From contig NC_083418.1 of NCBI RefSeq assembly GCF_020745735.1, forward strand, positions 2,604,001 through 2,668,000: a DNA stretch of 64,000 nt. Direction: 5' to 3'. This DNA is from Hemiscyllium ocellatum (lineage: Eukaryota). The first letter of the stretch is position 1; each line of letters opens with the position of its first letter. The notes under the pieces are model-generated. The model saw nothing but the letters and a program-made list of their open reading frames with translations. It did no database searches and was not told the origin of the DNA. Made by a program: the position numbers and the translations under genes. Positions 1 to 14,595 of the stretch are shown here, piece by piece.

Positions 1-744
1 GGGATGTGAGGTACACATTTTTTTCCACACAAAACGTTTGTGCGTTTTGAATAAATTTCCACATTTAGTGGCAGAGTTTGGTGCACGGTCTGTGAGGCAG
101 CACAAGTCGTGTATGTCAAGAACTGCTCATACAAATGGCAGCAGAGCAACTCCAAACGATGCTTCCGAGAGAAAGGTATTTAGTGCTTTGCCACGTAACA
201 GAAAGTGCTCCAGTAACATAAAACAAAGCAGAACAATCAACCATGAAAAGTGAAAATTAGTAATTTTATTTTCAATTAAATTAGGTCGTGGATGCGTTGG
301 TGCCTCCATCCGATCGGGAGAGTCAATCTCCAGCCTCCCTTACCAGGACAGTAGTGAAGGCAATGAGAGAAATATGACAAAGTTATAACAAAACAGAGAG
401 CAGCTTCAGTGCAGGATCTGGCCTCACAACAACGTTGGAATAAAAACATCCATTCACTTTCAGGGAAAACGATGAAAAACTCACATTGTCCGGAATATGA
501 ATACCCAGCAAAAGCTGCTTTGGCCCGTATTCTATTGCTGTACAGATTTTTGTACGAGAAGGTAACTTTCAAAGAGAGTGTTTGTGGCTGCCGATGACAG
601 TTTCAGCTGTTGTTCTCGCTCTGACTAAATTCCTTGTTAGGTAGGATTTTGTATCCTTGCCATCTGTACGTATTGCTACGAGGAACTGCTGGACTGACGT
701 CCACACAAATTCTTTGCCAAGAGCTGATATCCCATACGTTCATT

Positions 745-1085
745 TGAAAGTGCATGGCACACAAACTTCGCAACGAGGATATGCCAAGAGGTAAGTTTAA
801 AATCATGCTTCCCTGTATTATAAAAAAATTCTGGGAAACAATATCCGAACTCCTCCGTTACGACAGCACAGAAACCGGATCCTCATTTAGACAACAACTC
901 ACCAGAACACAAGACCCAATACCCAACATGTGCAGGACAAATGGTGTTGACGAGATTCTACGCAGGGACTGCACGAAACACGACATAAGAAAATGAGGCT
1001 GTCAACTAGCGAGATGCATTCATAAATTTCATCCAGCCAGTAAACGCCACGGACAGCTGATCCTTGTGGTTATACACAGAATACT
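745..1085 (+). mobile_element. PLE fragment
   Basis: NEDMPRG...SFRQQLTRTQDPIPNMCRTN...RDCTKH, homologous to 37980-38200. Confidence 0.75.
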
Positions 1086-4000
1086 AAATGTCTCTGATTC
1101 CGTGGGTTGGAAGTGGGATAATATGAACGCCTGCAGCAATGGTTACTTCCTTGTGTGTGGTAACTCCTGATGGAACACATGAAAAAGTCTTTTGGTTATT
1201 GGGAAATACATCCAAAATACTAGCCCAGAGCAGCATTTCTGTTGTGTTTCTGGTAATGTCCCTGACATGCCCGCTGACACTGTAGTCATTCTGTGCTTCA
1301 TGACGGTTCGCTGAATGCTTCCTTGATCGTATTGTGGGCAGTAATCTGGGTTTTCCATTCAATAACGTGAGTGTGAAGTACAGGTCCACTAATCTCTATT
1401 TTATTTTTCCTCTTATTATGCATAATTGCAACATACTAAATGATCAATTAATATTGTAAGATGACTTACAGAGGCATGTGGAATACAAAGGTTTTAATGA
1501 CATTTATGCAATGATTAGAGATTTCCTTAATTCAGGAGATAAGGATGTAAAGTCTGTTTGGGTAGAGTTGAGGAACAGTGAGGAAAGATCTCTCCAGCAG
1601 GTGCAGTTTACAAGCCCACTCGCATTAATCAAATTTCGAAACAAAACGTGCACGGGAAAAAAAAACTGTGCGTGAGTTACAAAAGATGGCATTCTTGTTA
1701 ATCGATTGCTTTACTGGGGAATTAATTTTCCTATTTTCTTGGAAACTATCTCTTTCATTGTGAGCATCAGAAAAGGCCATTTTTGACAGCAAGAAATAAA
1801 TATATCATTAACCTTTGTTCCAAGAACACGCAGACGCTTCTGCACCGCACTTACTTTGCATTTCTATCGATTTTAATTGTAGTCTGACTTTTGATTCTTT
1901 GAAGAAAGTATACGACCACATATCATCTACATGAAACTGCACCTAACAAAACTTCTCCACTCACTCGCATTATTAATATCTGTTTGCAAACCTTTCCATA
2001 TCCTCATCACAATATGACCGCCCATCTATTGTGGATCGGCAGCACAACTGGACGCATTTCACTCTACCACTTCCTCCAAGTCATTCAGTCAGGTAAAACA
2101 CTAAAGTCCAATCACTGATCGATCTGAATTTTACTAAATATATCTTTCCAACTTGAAAAATGCTCATTAATCTCGATTCGGTGATTTCTGTTAAATAGAC
2201 AATGGGCAGACAATGCTGCTTTATTATCCAGTACCAAGAAATAATTTATTATGCAATGAACTTTTATATATCCCCTTATTGATTGTTTGCTAAAATTCAA
2301 GTGGACTTTACTGAGCATCCTCCTTCACTAAATTGCCATAGTGTGACTTTCCTTTGAAAAAATGATATCAGTTTTACTGTAATCATCTCTTCTTATCTTT
2401 CTGCTTTTCTTCATTTGCAATGTTTTTATTCACAATTTCGAAATGGCAACAAAGATATTCGAACCGATGAAAGCAATTTAACCCATCAAGTCAGCCACAA
2501 ATTTCAATGAGACCACGGCTGATTTGGTTAATCCTCAAGTTCACTTTCGGCCTCATTTCTGTGCCCTTACATTCCCGAAGTGACTGAATGCCTATCTATC
2601 TCAGCCTTGCATATACACAGCCTTTACAAACCTCTGTTGTAATGAACTCCACAGATTTGCTACCCTCTGAAAGAGGAAATTTCCACATCAGAGTCTTACA
2701 TTGCTGATCCCTTCCGCTGTGATGAGGCCTTCTGGTACCACATGATCCCTGATGCATATCAGAGTAGAAAAAAAACCTCAAGTTCGGTCTGCACTGTCGA
2801 GTGCCACCTGTGAGTATTTTCATCATCCTCTTTTTTGACTTTTGAATGAACAAATAGACCTGAATCTTATTCAAAAATACCACTATGGCTGTTTCGCTGG
2901 TGGTGTAGTGGGCTACAAACCCGAGTCCTTCATCAGAAATATATCACACTCAAAACGCTATCTCTTTTTATCTTTCCACAGTTACCGATAGACCCGTCGG
3001 GTTTCTGCAATATACTGTTCTTGTATTTTGCACAAATGCTGCATTTCATTACATTCCTTCAATCCCAGTTCTCATGGACACTGAACCTGGTTAGTGGCAA
3101 TACTCCCTCCTACACGTCTATGTGCCATTTCCCTCCGCATCCTCCTGCATCACGTAGGAAATCTTCAGTTTACTTTCCTTGCTCCAAAGAAAACATCGGG
3201 AATCTCTCCAAATTCCAGGGTCTCTAGACCCTGGAATGGTGCAAGGCCAAGGAATGTGAAGAGATATTGGGAAAATATTGTCCGTTGGCAGATGGGAAAA
3301 ATATGAAGGAGGAATACGATAAACTCAGTCTACAGCTTTGTGAATCTTCAGAAACTCTTGGAGAAGTGAAATTAAAGTAGAATGAAGAAGGATTAATTGT
3401 CCGAATGAGCAGAGACAGTCAAGACAGCTTCCACTTCTTTAAGTGGGTAGAACATTAACTTTGCTGTTCTCAGGACATGAACTGATCTGAGACTTGGAAA
3501 TAATTCTCCTTCCTGCGCATGAGGAATGCATCTGTGCAGAGAAACCAGAGTTTCCAGTTCGGATCTGGTCACTCTTTCTCTGAACCAGACCTGAAAATTT
3601 AATTCTGATTTCCCTTCACAGATGTTGCCAGACCTGCTGAGGTTTTTCCGCAACTTCTGGTTTTCTTTCTGATTGACAGAACCTGCAGTTCTTTTCAGAT
3701 TGTATTTCGGTAGCGAATGGGGTTAAGTGCAGAGTAAAGCTGTCTCTCCACTGCAGCTTTTCAAAATCGGAGACCATGTTCACCATGGCATTATATACTG
3801 ACTCAATCAACCCCTGTCCCCACACCGTCCCTATCAAACACACTTAACAAATTAATTCACTGGCTTAGACGCAGAGTGTGTTTCCCTGTGCAGTTTCACC
3901 ACCTAAACGTACAAGGGTCTGGGAAGAATAGGGTTACATACAGTGTATAGATCTATCCAAATACACTCCCGTCTCATGGGAAGCACTTTGTTAAGTTACA

Positions 4001-5906
4001 GAGTAAAGTGCCTTGGCAGTGTGTCTCACAAACTCTTAGATGGCTCGGACACACTATCATGGAGTCACACATGTTCAGTCACACACACAGTAGAGCGTTA
4101 CAATCTCCGTATTTCAGAATCTTACACTCGAACACAACCTTTCACTCAAGCAATCTCAGCCACCAACTCTCAGTCCTTCAGTCACAGACACCTCACAGCC
4201 AAACTCGCTTGTTCACACACACAGGTCCTCTATCATAAATATATGCAAATGATGAAGGATCCAGGAGGCTTGCTTAATAGTAAATCAATTTATTTATTTT
4301 TGGGGAACATAATATTTGAAGGCAATGTACTTCAAGATCGTCCTTGATAAATCCCTGTTTTCTTGATAAAATACATCTGACTCCATGCGAAAGCTTTGCC
4401 AGATTCTGAGCAAGACCACACACCTACAATTCAGTAGCAGACCTGTCATATTCCGATCCGATTTTCCTCTTGATGGTTGGAATATTAGACAGACTTTTAA
4501 AAATCTCAGGGTCCGGACTTTGAAAAGGATTCTGGAACCTGCATCTTAATCAATGGAAACTGTGTAACAGAGTTCTCCATATCCTGTTTTTTTTTAGTTT
4601 AATTTTGTAAATTAAAATTTCTACAATGCAGGAATGTATGAATGGAAAAATAAATGCTTTTCACTCATTTGCCCCTCTCCTTTGCTGACAGAATTCAGAC
4701 TCTAACTGAAGTCTCTCTGCTCCTACACACAGTTTAACATTGTCTCATTCGGTTCAGATTATCCCTCCTCTGACATCGAAAAAGCATCAATTCACATCTC
4801 AGCTTATTTCATCTGCAGGGGGCTGAGAGATGATAATGTATAAAGCGTAAAATGTGTTTTAATCTGCCAAACCAGCACAATTGATTTCAAAAAAGTCTCA
4901 CTTAGCCATTTTAGATTTATTAAGGGCAGCCATTTCATGTTAGAACAGGGCTGAGAGCGACTTTATAAACATAGAAAGGCAAGAACGAGCTGGGGACTTG
5001 GGAGTCCATGTGCAAATGAATGCAACGTAGATTCACATAAACTTTAAATGGACGGCAGGAGTTAAATGGCCAGGGAAACGACACAAGCGCAGGACTGTAT
5101 CTCTGGAATTCAGAATCATCTAATATGATGAATGTTTAAGAGTCAATATAGGAACTGTGGGATTAGATAGGGAAAAATATCGTTGCTGCTTCTAGACTCG
5201 ATAACTAAGTTCAGTGTCTAGTAATCTAACAATAGACAGGAACTCTATGAAAACTCAGGCCACGTTCAGCATGAGGTTAGATTTTTTAAAATCACACAAC
5301 ACTGTCCACAATCAACTCTCACAGGAAAATGGCAAAGAGAAAGTTGTCATTTCTTTCGTGGCTGTTTCACTGGAATTGTGTATTTCATACTAATTGGACA
5401 CCAGCAAAGAGGAACAACAAGGAAACCTGTCTCTGACTGATTCATTGTGAGGATATCAGGAATCCGATCGACGCTTTCATCCTCAGACCGACTAGAAACA
5501 GCTTCTGTATGTGTCTTCCTAAATTTTGCTACTCTTCTCTTCCCTGTTTCCTGCAATGTCAATTTGTGTCATTTGCAAATTCTGAACACCAGTCCTGCTT
5601 TATGGAGGTTGACAGTGTGTAAAGCTCAAAGTCCACAACAAAGACTCCCAAACCAAGGTTCAGCATGCTGACATCTCTTGATGCCTGAGACCAAATCTTC
5701 AATTACAAACTGGAAGGTTGAGATTCAGAAACGGAAGCACTGTGACACTCTGCTCTGTCCATTCGTTCTCCACCCCTCAGTGAAAATCAAATTATGATCT
5801 AGTTGAATATTAAAAGAGTCAGTTGAAGCAGCCTCCACTAGAACTCCAGAAGACTCTCTCCACACACACTTCAGGTATTGTGGGAACAAAAAAACAATCT
5901 CTTACA

Positions 5907-8558
5907 ACATATCTTGTCAAAGACAGTATCACAGCAGTGGAATGGACGATGGAAGAGGACTTGCCATCTGAGGTAGTTTGGGCTGAGGTTAGAAATAGGA
6001 AAGGTGAGGTCACCCTGTTAGGTGTTTTCTACAGGCCTCCTAATAGTCCTAGAAAAGTGGAGGATAATATTGCGAGGATGATTCAGGAAAAGAGTGAAGG
6101 TAGCAGGGTGGTTGTTATGGGGGACTTTAACTTCCCGGATATTGACTGGGAGAGCTATAGCTCGAGTTCATTAGATGGGTCGGTGTTTGTACAATGTGTG
6201 CAGGAGGGTTTCCTGACACAATATGTCGACAGGCCAACAAGAGGGGAGGCTATATTGGATTTGGTTCTAGGTAATGAACCAGGCCAGGTGTTAGACTTGG
6301 AGGTAGGTGAGCACTTCGGGGACAGTGACCACAACTCGGTGACTTTTACTTTAGTGACGGAGAGGGATAATCGTGTGCCGCAGGGCAAGAGCTATAGCTG
6401 GGGGCAGGGAAATTATGATGCAGTGAGGCATGACTTAGGATGTGTGGATTGGAAAAACAGGCTTCAAGAGAAGAACACTAATGAGATGTGGGGAGTGTTC
6501 AAGGAGCAGCTACTGCGTGTCCTCGATAGGTATGTACCAGTCAGGCATGGTGTAAAGGGCCTTGTGAGGCAGCCGTGGTTTAGTAAGGAATTGGAGTCCC
6601 TTGTGAAAGGGAAGAAGGCGGCATATGTGAAGATGAGGCGTGAAGGTTCAGTAGGGGCGATTGAGTGTTATAAGGTAGCCAGGAAGGAGCTAAAGAGGGA
6701 GCTAAGCGAAGCGAGAAGGGGACATGAAAAGTCTTTAGCTGGTAGGATTAGGGAAAACCCAAAGGCTTTCTATAGGTATGTCAAGAATAAAAGGATGACT
6801 AGGGTAGGTATCGGTCCAGTCAAGGATAGTAGTGGGAAGTTGTGTGTGGAGGCGGAGGAGATTGGAGAGACATTAAATCAGTACTTTTCCTCAGTATTCA
6901 CTCAGGAACAGGACACTGTTGCTGATGTGAATATGGAATCACAAATAATTAGAATGGATGCCCTGGAAATATGCAGGGAAGAGGTTTTGGGAATATTGGA
7001 AAGGATGAATATAGATAAGTCTCCTGGGCTTGATGGCATTTACCCCAGGATCCTATGGGAAGCTAGGGAGGAGATAGCAGAGCCATTGGCCTGGATTTTT
7101 ATGTCTTCGTTGTCAACAGGAATAGTACCAGAGGACTGGAGGATAGCGAATGTGGTCCCATTGTTCAAGAAAGGGAGTAGGGATAGCCCTAGCAACTATA
7201 GGCCAGTGAGTCTGACTTCAGTGGTGGGCAAAGTCTTAGAGAGAATGGTAAGGGATAAGATTTATGAACATCTGGGTAGGAATAACGTGATCAGGGATAG
7301 CCAGCATGGTTTTGTGTAGGGCAGGTCGTGCCTCACAAACCTTATTGAGTTCTTTGAGAAGGTGACCAAGGAAGTGGATGAGGGTAAAGCAGTAGATGTT
7401 GTGTATATGGATTTTAGTAAGGCGTTCGATAAGGTTCCCCATGGTAGGCTAATGCTAAAACTTCGGAGGTATGGCATTGAGGATACATTAGAGGTTTGGA
7501 TTAGGAATTGGCTGGCTGGAAGGAGACAGAGGGTAGTAGTTGATGGATTATGTTCATCTTGGAGCGCAGTTACTAGCGGTGTACCACAAGGATCTGTTTT
7601 GGGACCATTGCTTTTTGTTATCTTTATAAATGATCTAGAGGAAGGACTTGAAAGCTGGGTAAGCAAGTTTGCGGATGACACAAAAGTCGGTGGAGTTGTG
7701 GATAGTGAGGAAGGAAGTGGTAGGTTACAGCGGGATATAGATAAGTTGCAGAGCTGGGCGGAAATGTGGCAAATGGAATTCAATGTAGCTAAGTGCGAAG
7801 TCGTTCACTTTGGTAGGAATAACAAGATGATGGATTACTGGGCTAATGGTAGGCTACTTGGTAGTGTGGATGAGCAGAGGGATCTTGGTGTCCATGTACA
7901 CAGATCTCTGAAAGTTGCCACCCAGGTAAATAGTGCTGTGAGGAAGGCATATGGTGTACTGGGCTTTATTGGCAGAGGAATTGAGTTCCGGAGTCCTGAG
8001 GTCATGTTGCAGTTGTATAAGACTCTGGTGCGGCCTCATCTGGAGTATTGTGTGCAGTTTTGGTCGCCATACTATAGGAAGGATGTGGAAGCTTTAGAAC
8101 GAGTGCAGAGGAGGTTTACCAGGATGTTGCCTGGAATGGTAGGAAAATCTTATGAGGAAAGGCTGAGGCACTTGGGGCTGTTCTCATTGGAGAAGAGAAG
8201 GTTTAGGGGAGATCTGATAGAAGTGTATAAGATGATTAGGGGTTTAGATAGGGTAGATACTAAGAACCTTTTACCGCTAATGGAGTCAGGTGTTACTAGG
8301 GGACATAGCTTTAAATTAAGGGGTGGTAGGTATAGGACAGATGTTAGGGGTAGATTCTTCACACAGCGGGTTGTGAGTTCATGGAATGCCCTGCCCGTAT
8401 CAGTGGTGAACTCTCCTTCTTTATGGTCATTTAAGCGGGCATTGGATAGGCATTTGGAAGTTATTGGGCTAGTATAGGTTAGGTAGGATTCGGTCGGCGC
8501 AACATCGAGGGCCGAAGGGCCTGTACTGCGCTGTATCCTTCTATGTTCTATGTTCTAT
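5907..8558 (+). mobile_element. Young 5'-truncated CR1 LINE (ORF2: partial APE endonuclease plus RT)
   Basis: ORFs 5823-7319 and 7362-8477 are the same frame, split by one TAG at 7317-7319. Motifs VVMGDFNFP, SDH, NYRPVSLTS, DFSKAFD, GVPQGSVLGP, FADD. 3' tail (TTCTATG)n. Imperfect TSD atctcttaca (5897-5906) / atctgttaca (8557-8566). Confidence 0.95.
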
Positions 8559-11500
8559 CTGTTACATTTTCATTTAATTTCAGCCCCTTTTGTATCATTC
8601 TTGAACCTTATATTCGGGGAACAGTTTCTCGCAGAGGTCTACCGATATTTTGGAAGTCCCAAAACATTCAGAATGTGAAAAGTCTCAGTTTTTTTCCAAT
8701 CCATCATCATAATTGAAGGTGCTGACCCTCGGAACAAATGCACACAAAATTCCAGTAATCTGTAGCGGTTAACAAAGTGACCCCACTCTCTACCATCTTC
8801 TCGGGAGGAATAACTGACAGAGCAGCTAGTGAAGGCCACATTCTGAATGAATAAAACGAGGTGACATTCTGACAGCCGTCTTGCTAGCTCAGCCTCATTG
8901 CTTTCCTGTGGTGTTGTTTGCCACAACAAATGAATTCAATGCTGCATGCTTTACTGAACTAAACTGCACGGAATTTTTGGTGTTCTGCCATCTTCTTGAA
9001 ACTTTGATTAACTGTCATTATCTCTTACCATTCTGTAATTACTGCCATCTAATAAATACAGTGAATCTTTGCCATTTCCTATGCAAGCCTGAGGAGACAA
9101 ATGTACAAACCGTATCTGATTGGGGTGCAAAATAAAGCAAGATGTAATGTATTGTATTATAAGGTCATGAGATCATGAAAACAGCATCAATACAACAGAG
9201 TGATGAGATAAGGAACCTGACCCAGAATATCAAACTGTCCTTCCTCTGCTGATCTGCAAATAGGCTTGTTCTGTTAAGACCAGAAGCCATACATTATAAC
9301 CACAGTCTTTTAGATGCAGGCACTGCCTGCCTATTTCCTGAAATATAGTTCAAACTGAAACAGTAACATTTGTTCTTTTTCGAACTTGTAGGAGAACTTA
9401 CCTGGTCAATTCTTTATCTGATACGCTCCAGATGTCATGTGCCCTTTCTGCAGTTAGGAAACTCATCGTTCAGTTGAAAATGACGCCAATATCAATGGGA
9501 TAGAGTCTGCACTAAACCCAATGGCCCAGATATTCTGACTGTCACTGCTACACCAATCATTTTATGATTTAAAGTGTTAGTACGGGTCGTACTGTTATAA
9601 CATTCTGCTTTAACGTCAACACAAAACTACAGTACTGATTGACGAATTTTGGATGTTGCTTCTACAGCACAAAGTTTTAAAACATGTGTTTTATCTGTCA
9701 CACAATTTCAACACAACATTTTAAGCGATTACTAAGTAGGAACTTTTCTATACCCCGTAATTGCACAGAAATGCAACCATCGTGTTGTAGAAGAACTGAC
9801 TATACTGCGCTCCGAACATCCAGTTGGAAATTCCGATTCCAATCCCATCAAAAATACAAAGTACAATTGAAATGAACACAGTACTCTTTAATTCATGTGT
9901 AGTGGGCAAAGTCAAGCCATGTCCTTCTTTGCAGAACTGTACAGTGACCGTGATTTAAATACACAGATCCACAGCCAAACCCTGACAGCTGCCGTGAAAG
10001 AATGCGTATTTTGATAATTGTGGGGTTAGGTGGCAGTTTGTTCAGGGGTTAGAGTGTTATAAAAGTGATTAAAGGAGGCAGGGGTTGAACGGTGTGAGGA
10101 ATTTGGGTCTAGTTATTTGGGGTTGTTGGAGAGTTGGAATAAGTCAAAAAATGGCAGGGTTAGCAGAGCGAGATGTTGTGCTTGTGTCGAGAGCAGGACA
10201 TGGCCAAAGTGACTATTCAAATGTTGTTGGGTCAAAGCATTCTTTGTCTCGCATCTCCTGGACAATGAGTAACTTTCCAAGTGGAACACTCCAAATGCTC
10301 CAACCTTCGTGGATTCTTTATTTGGGTCTCCCCATCAGAGTCTTCAGCTTCACAGTTGATTACCACAGTGTCTCTTTCCAGGTTTCTGCAGGGGCCTGTC
10401 ATGCAACTCCAGCCTGTGCTTCTCCAACAAATTCCTGACCTCACGAATGGTTCCTTTCTGACTGAGTTAATGCAGAGAAATACTTCTACTTTTCAATGTA
10501 ATTCTCTAGTTGGAGAATCCTCCAGAATCTGCTGTAAATGATACTCTGCATTTGATGTTCGACAGTATATCAGGTATTCGTACAGTAGCTATTCCACACT
10601 TCTGAATGGCTGTATTGATTCCAATGGAAGAGTTCCTGTCCTAACCACACCAGGTTCTCTTCCCAAGCAAAGTCACTGGGCACAGATGTCACTGGCTGTC
10701 CAAGAACTGTGTGTAATTGTCAGTGTCCCCCTTTGCAGCCCATAGTGACGCCCACAGTGACTCCTTCCTGGTCGTGCCATTGTCATTGGGGAACTTTGAG
10801 ACAGGAGATTCGACAGAGGCTGCGCTGTGGGGCCTGGCCCATGAGTTTCAACACATTCCGGCTGCGTCTCTGAGCTCACAATGGGAGATAACCCTCTCTC
10901 AGCTCGAGCTGAAGATTGAACAACAGCCAATAGTACTTCATCCTCGAGCAAGGCCACTTAAACGGGAAGGAAAGGAAATCAGAGAACGTCGCTCAGACAA
11001 AGACAGCATTGGGGAGTGAACTGAAATTCTCATGTGTCCACAGTCAGATGGGTTTGCGGTGACGACAGCGAGTCCAGTTGTCTTTTCCCATTTGAACTGA
11101 ACTGATTGCACTCTTAATGAAATATGAAAATTAAATCGGGGAAAATGCTAAGTGTCACTAATGGGGAAACTAGTGTTTACATTCCAGCATCAGTAAGTGT
11201 TAAGTGTAAAATTTAAGGAATCTTATTCATACTTTACTTATTATGCTGAAAATTAACAAATACTCACAATCTGCTCTAGATACTTATTCTGTCTGATTTC
11301 CATCTGCTTTCATCAGAAATGAAAAACGCAGCAATTACTTGGATTTAGTGACAAAGAACGAAGAGGGGTTATGGAGGGAACGCAAACAAAGTGGACCTGC
11401 CGGAAAGATGAGATAACAAAATGATAAGGGTGCAAAACGGAACCGCTGCATCCCAACTTCCTTGCCAAAAGTTGCTTGGATGCACAATGAAATACGTCGG

Positions 11501-12222
11501 GAATGGAGTTTCGTGCTAGAATTGAGCATAAGGGCGAAAATATTACTGGAAGCTATGAAATACTGTGGCCAATCTTGGAATAGGAGGTGTGGCCACGTGG
11601 TCATGTGGAAAGGGTAGGAAAATATTTGTCGGCAGGGAGAGTCGTTCATTCAATGTGGGCGGAGAATATCGCGGTTCAGGGAATGCTGAAATCAATTTTA
11701 AAGGCTATTAACTATACTTTGAAACAACAGCTCTGCAAAGCCATTGACTACGAAAAAAGATTTACCATCAGTTAGACTCATTTTGCAGCCACTTCATTCA
11801 GGCCCAACGGGTCTGACTCTGGAGCCTGTATGGGAAATGTCGGGCACTGTGGAGCGTAGGGCGAATTTGCCGGGACTGGAGTTGTTGAGGTCTCACTGTC
11901 AGTTGTTATTGCAGCAGTCTTTCATCTTCTCGTCCTGACACTGATGGGCAACCTGTCGAAAATTTTCAAGATACTGCAGCATGTATGACGTGTCCCAGGA
12001 CGGGTCGCCTTGCCCTCCCGTAATGGACGTGGTCCAGTAATCAATCTTATCCAATTTCAAGGACCACCCATACGACCAACTTCCTTGTCGCCATTCGTTA
12101 CAGTCTCCTATAAAGTGGGTAAATTAACAGCTGTCCTCTGTCACTTTTAACACAGTGTCTGCCGGCGAACAAGGTGTAACAATAGAATCTTCGGTGTTTA
12201 TTTTGAAGTTTAAGTATTTACA

Positions 12223-12540
12223 GGGCGGCACGTTTGCTCATTGGTTAGCACAGCTGCCTCACTGCGATAGGGTCCCAGATTCGATTTCAGCCTTAGGCGA
12301 CTGTCTGTGTAGAGTTTGCACATTCTCCCCGCGTCTGCGTGGGTTTCCTCCGGGTGCTCCGGTTTCCTACCACAAACACAAAGAAGTGCAACTCAGGTGA
12401 AATGGCCGTGGTAAATTGACCATAGTGTCAGGTGCATTAGTGGGAGGGAAATGGGTCTGCGTGGGTTACTCTTTGGAGGGTCTGTGTGGATTAGTTGGGC
12501 AGAATGGCTTGATTCCACACTGTAGGCAACCTAATCTTAC
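12223..12540 (+). mobile_element. tRNA-derived SINE, HE1/V-SINE-like
   Basis: tRNA-like head (tggttagcac...ttcgatt), V-domain ctgtgtagagtttgcacattctccccgcgtctgcgtgggtttcctccgggtgctccggtttcc, CR1-like tail ending cctaatct. Confidence 0.85.
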
Positions 12541-13619
12541 ATGCCTCCTCAACATCGTCTTGTTCAACTTCGGTCCTGGGCCATTGTCACCACATGGTTG
12601 GAATTGCCCAGCTAACATATCCCAGCAGTGGCTCGATGTCCCTGCCCCCATGTCGTCCGAAGTTGACTGCTAAGTTCGACACTTCGGCTTTCCAGAAAAG
12701 ACAGAGGGAGCACTCACAGGACACACATGCAACGAGAAATTGATAGATCATGCAAGATTGGATAACTGAGCGTGTACTCATTGACCACACTGTAAGCACA
12801 CAAATATCTGATGGATAAACAAACTTAGACGAGACACCTGAAACCAACAAGACCAGCAGTCAGCAACCGTAAAACAGACATACACATCCAAAGCAAATAC
12901 TCGGAAACCACAAGAAAGAAAACAGTGAACCGGTAAATTTACTTCGAGCTGAGGATGTCTTAGGATTGGAACGAAAAATGTAATCAGCGGTCTCTCCTTC
13001 TATTTTGCCATGCTTCCCTTGCCTGCTCGGCTTTACCCTACTCGATCAAGATCACGGTACAAGCCCTGGCTCAATTCTGACCATGCGTCTGACGAGTTGA
13101 CCCGTCTATCTTATAAGGTCGAGCCTGTGGTTTCTCAACGCTGAATTAACGCAGTAGTTAGATGAGAATTGTGCCTACCCTCCTCAGTCTTCCAGATTTT
13201 TGTTTTAGATCTGACCTGCTGGGCCAAGGCTAGACCCCAGGTCTGAATCCGGCTAAATTTAGATATTGTTGAAACAATACCAAACTGTCAGAGTAATTAG
13301 GCCATCAAAGCAGAGATCACAAAACACAGATCAAAGTGAAATTAGCAAGTAGTTTATTATTACGGCAACATCGCATCAGAGAAATTGACCAAGCTGAAAC
13401 AGAATTGACAGTCTATCCAGGTGGCTGAAACTCTCTTCACCGAGATGAGAATCAACCCAGATTTTAAAGGAATATACTACAATGATGGCAGTTAAAAATA
13501 ATGAAAATGTAATGGTCTTGATCGTCAAGTAATCAAGTTACGATGGTGATAATATCAAAGCAGTTACCAGAAAAACGTCCTGAATGTTGATACAATCAAG
13601 CATCCAGCAGCATCAATCA

Positions 13620-14060
13620 GTTTTAGAATGAGATCAGGGGGTTCCAGTTCTCTACGTGGGGATGTGAGAATGTCCCTTTCCTTAGCAGTGAGATGTTACC
13701 ATTGTTGCTCTCCAGTGATAAGTCAGGTATTCTGGTGCCTCTCCGGCTGATCTGAGCTTCGTGTGGCTTTGATATCACTGGGTCCTTGACAATCCTTCGG
13801 GCTTTGGGACAGCAGTGTTTATCGCATCCAGGAAGTATCTTGTTAGTTTGTTTGTGAAGTGTATTCCCTGGTTTGCGAGTAAATGTTGTCATGTATGGTT
13901 TTCCTTGTATCCTGTCTTGTCAATGCTGAGGCATTCTGGGTGTTCGTGTATGGCTTGGACATGCTTGATTTTCTGTGTTCTGATTGGCCATGCCGTGTGT
14001 ACGCAGGATTGCAAGTCCGTTCCCACAATGTTGAAAAATAAACCTAAAGATTTGCAAAGG
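13620..14060 (-). mobile_element. Probable Rex1/Babar-type LINE 3' fragment
   Basis: Minus-strand ...KARRIVKDP..., similar to the 44050-44150 region. Confidence 0.4.
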
Positions 14061-14129
14061 CCGTAAGTTCAAAATTTTAATTCAACATCAACCTGTTCAC
14101 ATGGGAACCAGCCATGGACAAGCTGTTCC

Positions 14130-14500
14130 ATGGACAGGAAGGTATTCACTCGGGGATCCAGCCTAATGGCACGCAAATGACTTCAACACAGGGAGAGAAG
14201 CTTTGTCTGCTCTGTTTGGGAAGGTATTATCTTTACAGTCTCGACTTATGTCAACCGGTCAACATGACACTGGAGAGACACAATTCGTCTGTTCTCTGTA
14301 TGAGAAGGAATTTATTAAATCAGTAAAGCTTCAGATCCACAATAATGGACACAGTGCAGAGACGCCTGCACTGAGCGTGCGAAGGGCTATGCCTGGTCAT
14401 CTCTATTCAGTAAGCACTAGCATATTCACACGACCGAGAAACATTGACTTGCTGCTCATATCGGAAGTGATTCACTCGCCTCTCCAATCTCAGCAGGTAT
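14130..14500 (+). pseudogene. Decayed C2H2 zinc-finger array
   Basis: Across frameshifts and stops it reads ERSFVCS..GK, HDTGETQFVCSLYEKEF..KLQIHNNGHSAE, CTECAKGY..SKH.HIHTTEK..TC...RK.FTRLSNL. These are HTGEKPF-type linkers with degenerate Cys/His. Confidence 0.6.
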
Positions 14501-14595
14501 GGACTTATTCCCACAAATGAGAGAAAATGTCAATGGTCTGACTTTAAAAAGAACTTTTGGAGTAGCAATGATGTGATGAAACACCAGAAAACACA

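Noticed and set aside
345-395. Minus-strand hydrophobic stretch ending in a GTAAGG donor, resembling an Ig leader exon
   Set aside because: There is no ATG in a suitable frame and no V exon in the following 340 bp.
7262-7783. Antisense ORFs over CR1 and PLE RT regions (also 36987-37478, 37798-38148, 19905-20228)
   Set aside because: Typical shadow ORFs on the opposite strand of retroelement coding sequence.
9402-9447. Possible 46-nt minus-strand exon (CAG...GTAAGT)
   Set aside because: No recognisable peptide and no partner exons. Chance splice-like motifs are expected.
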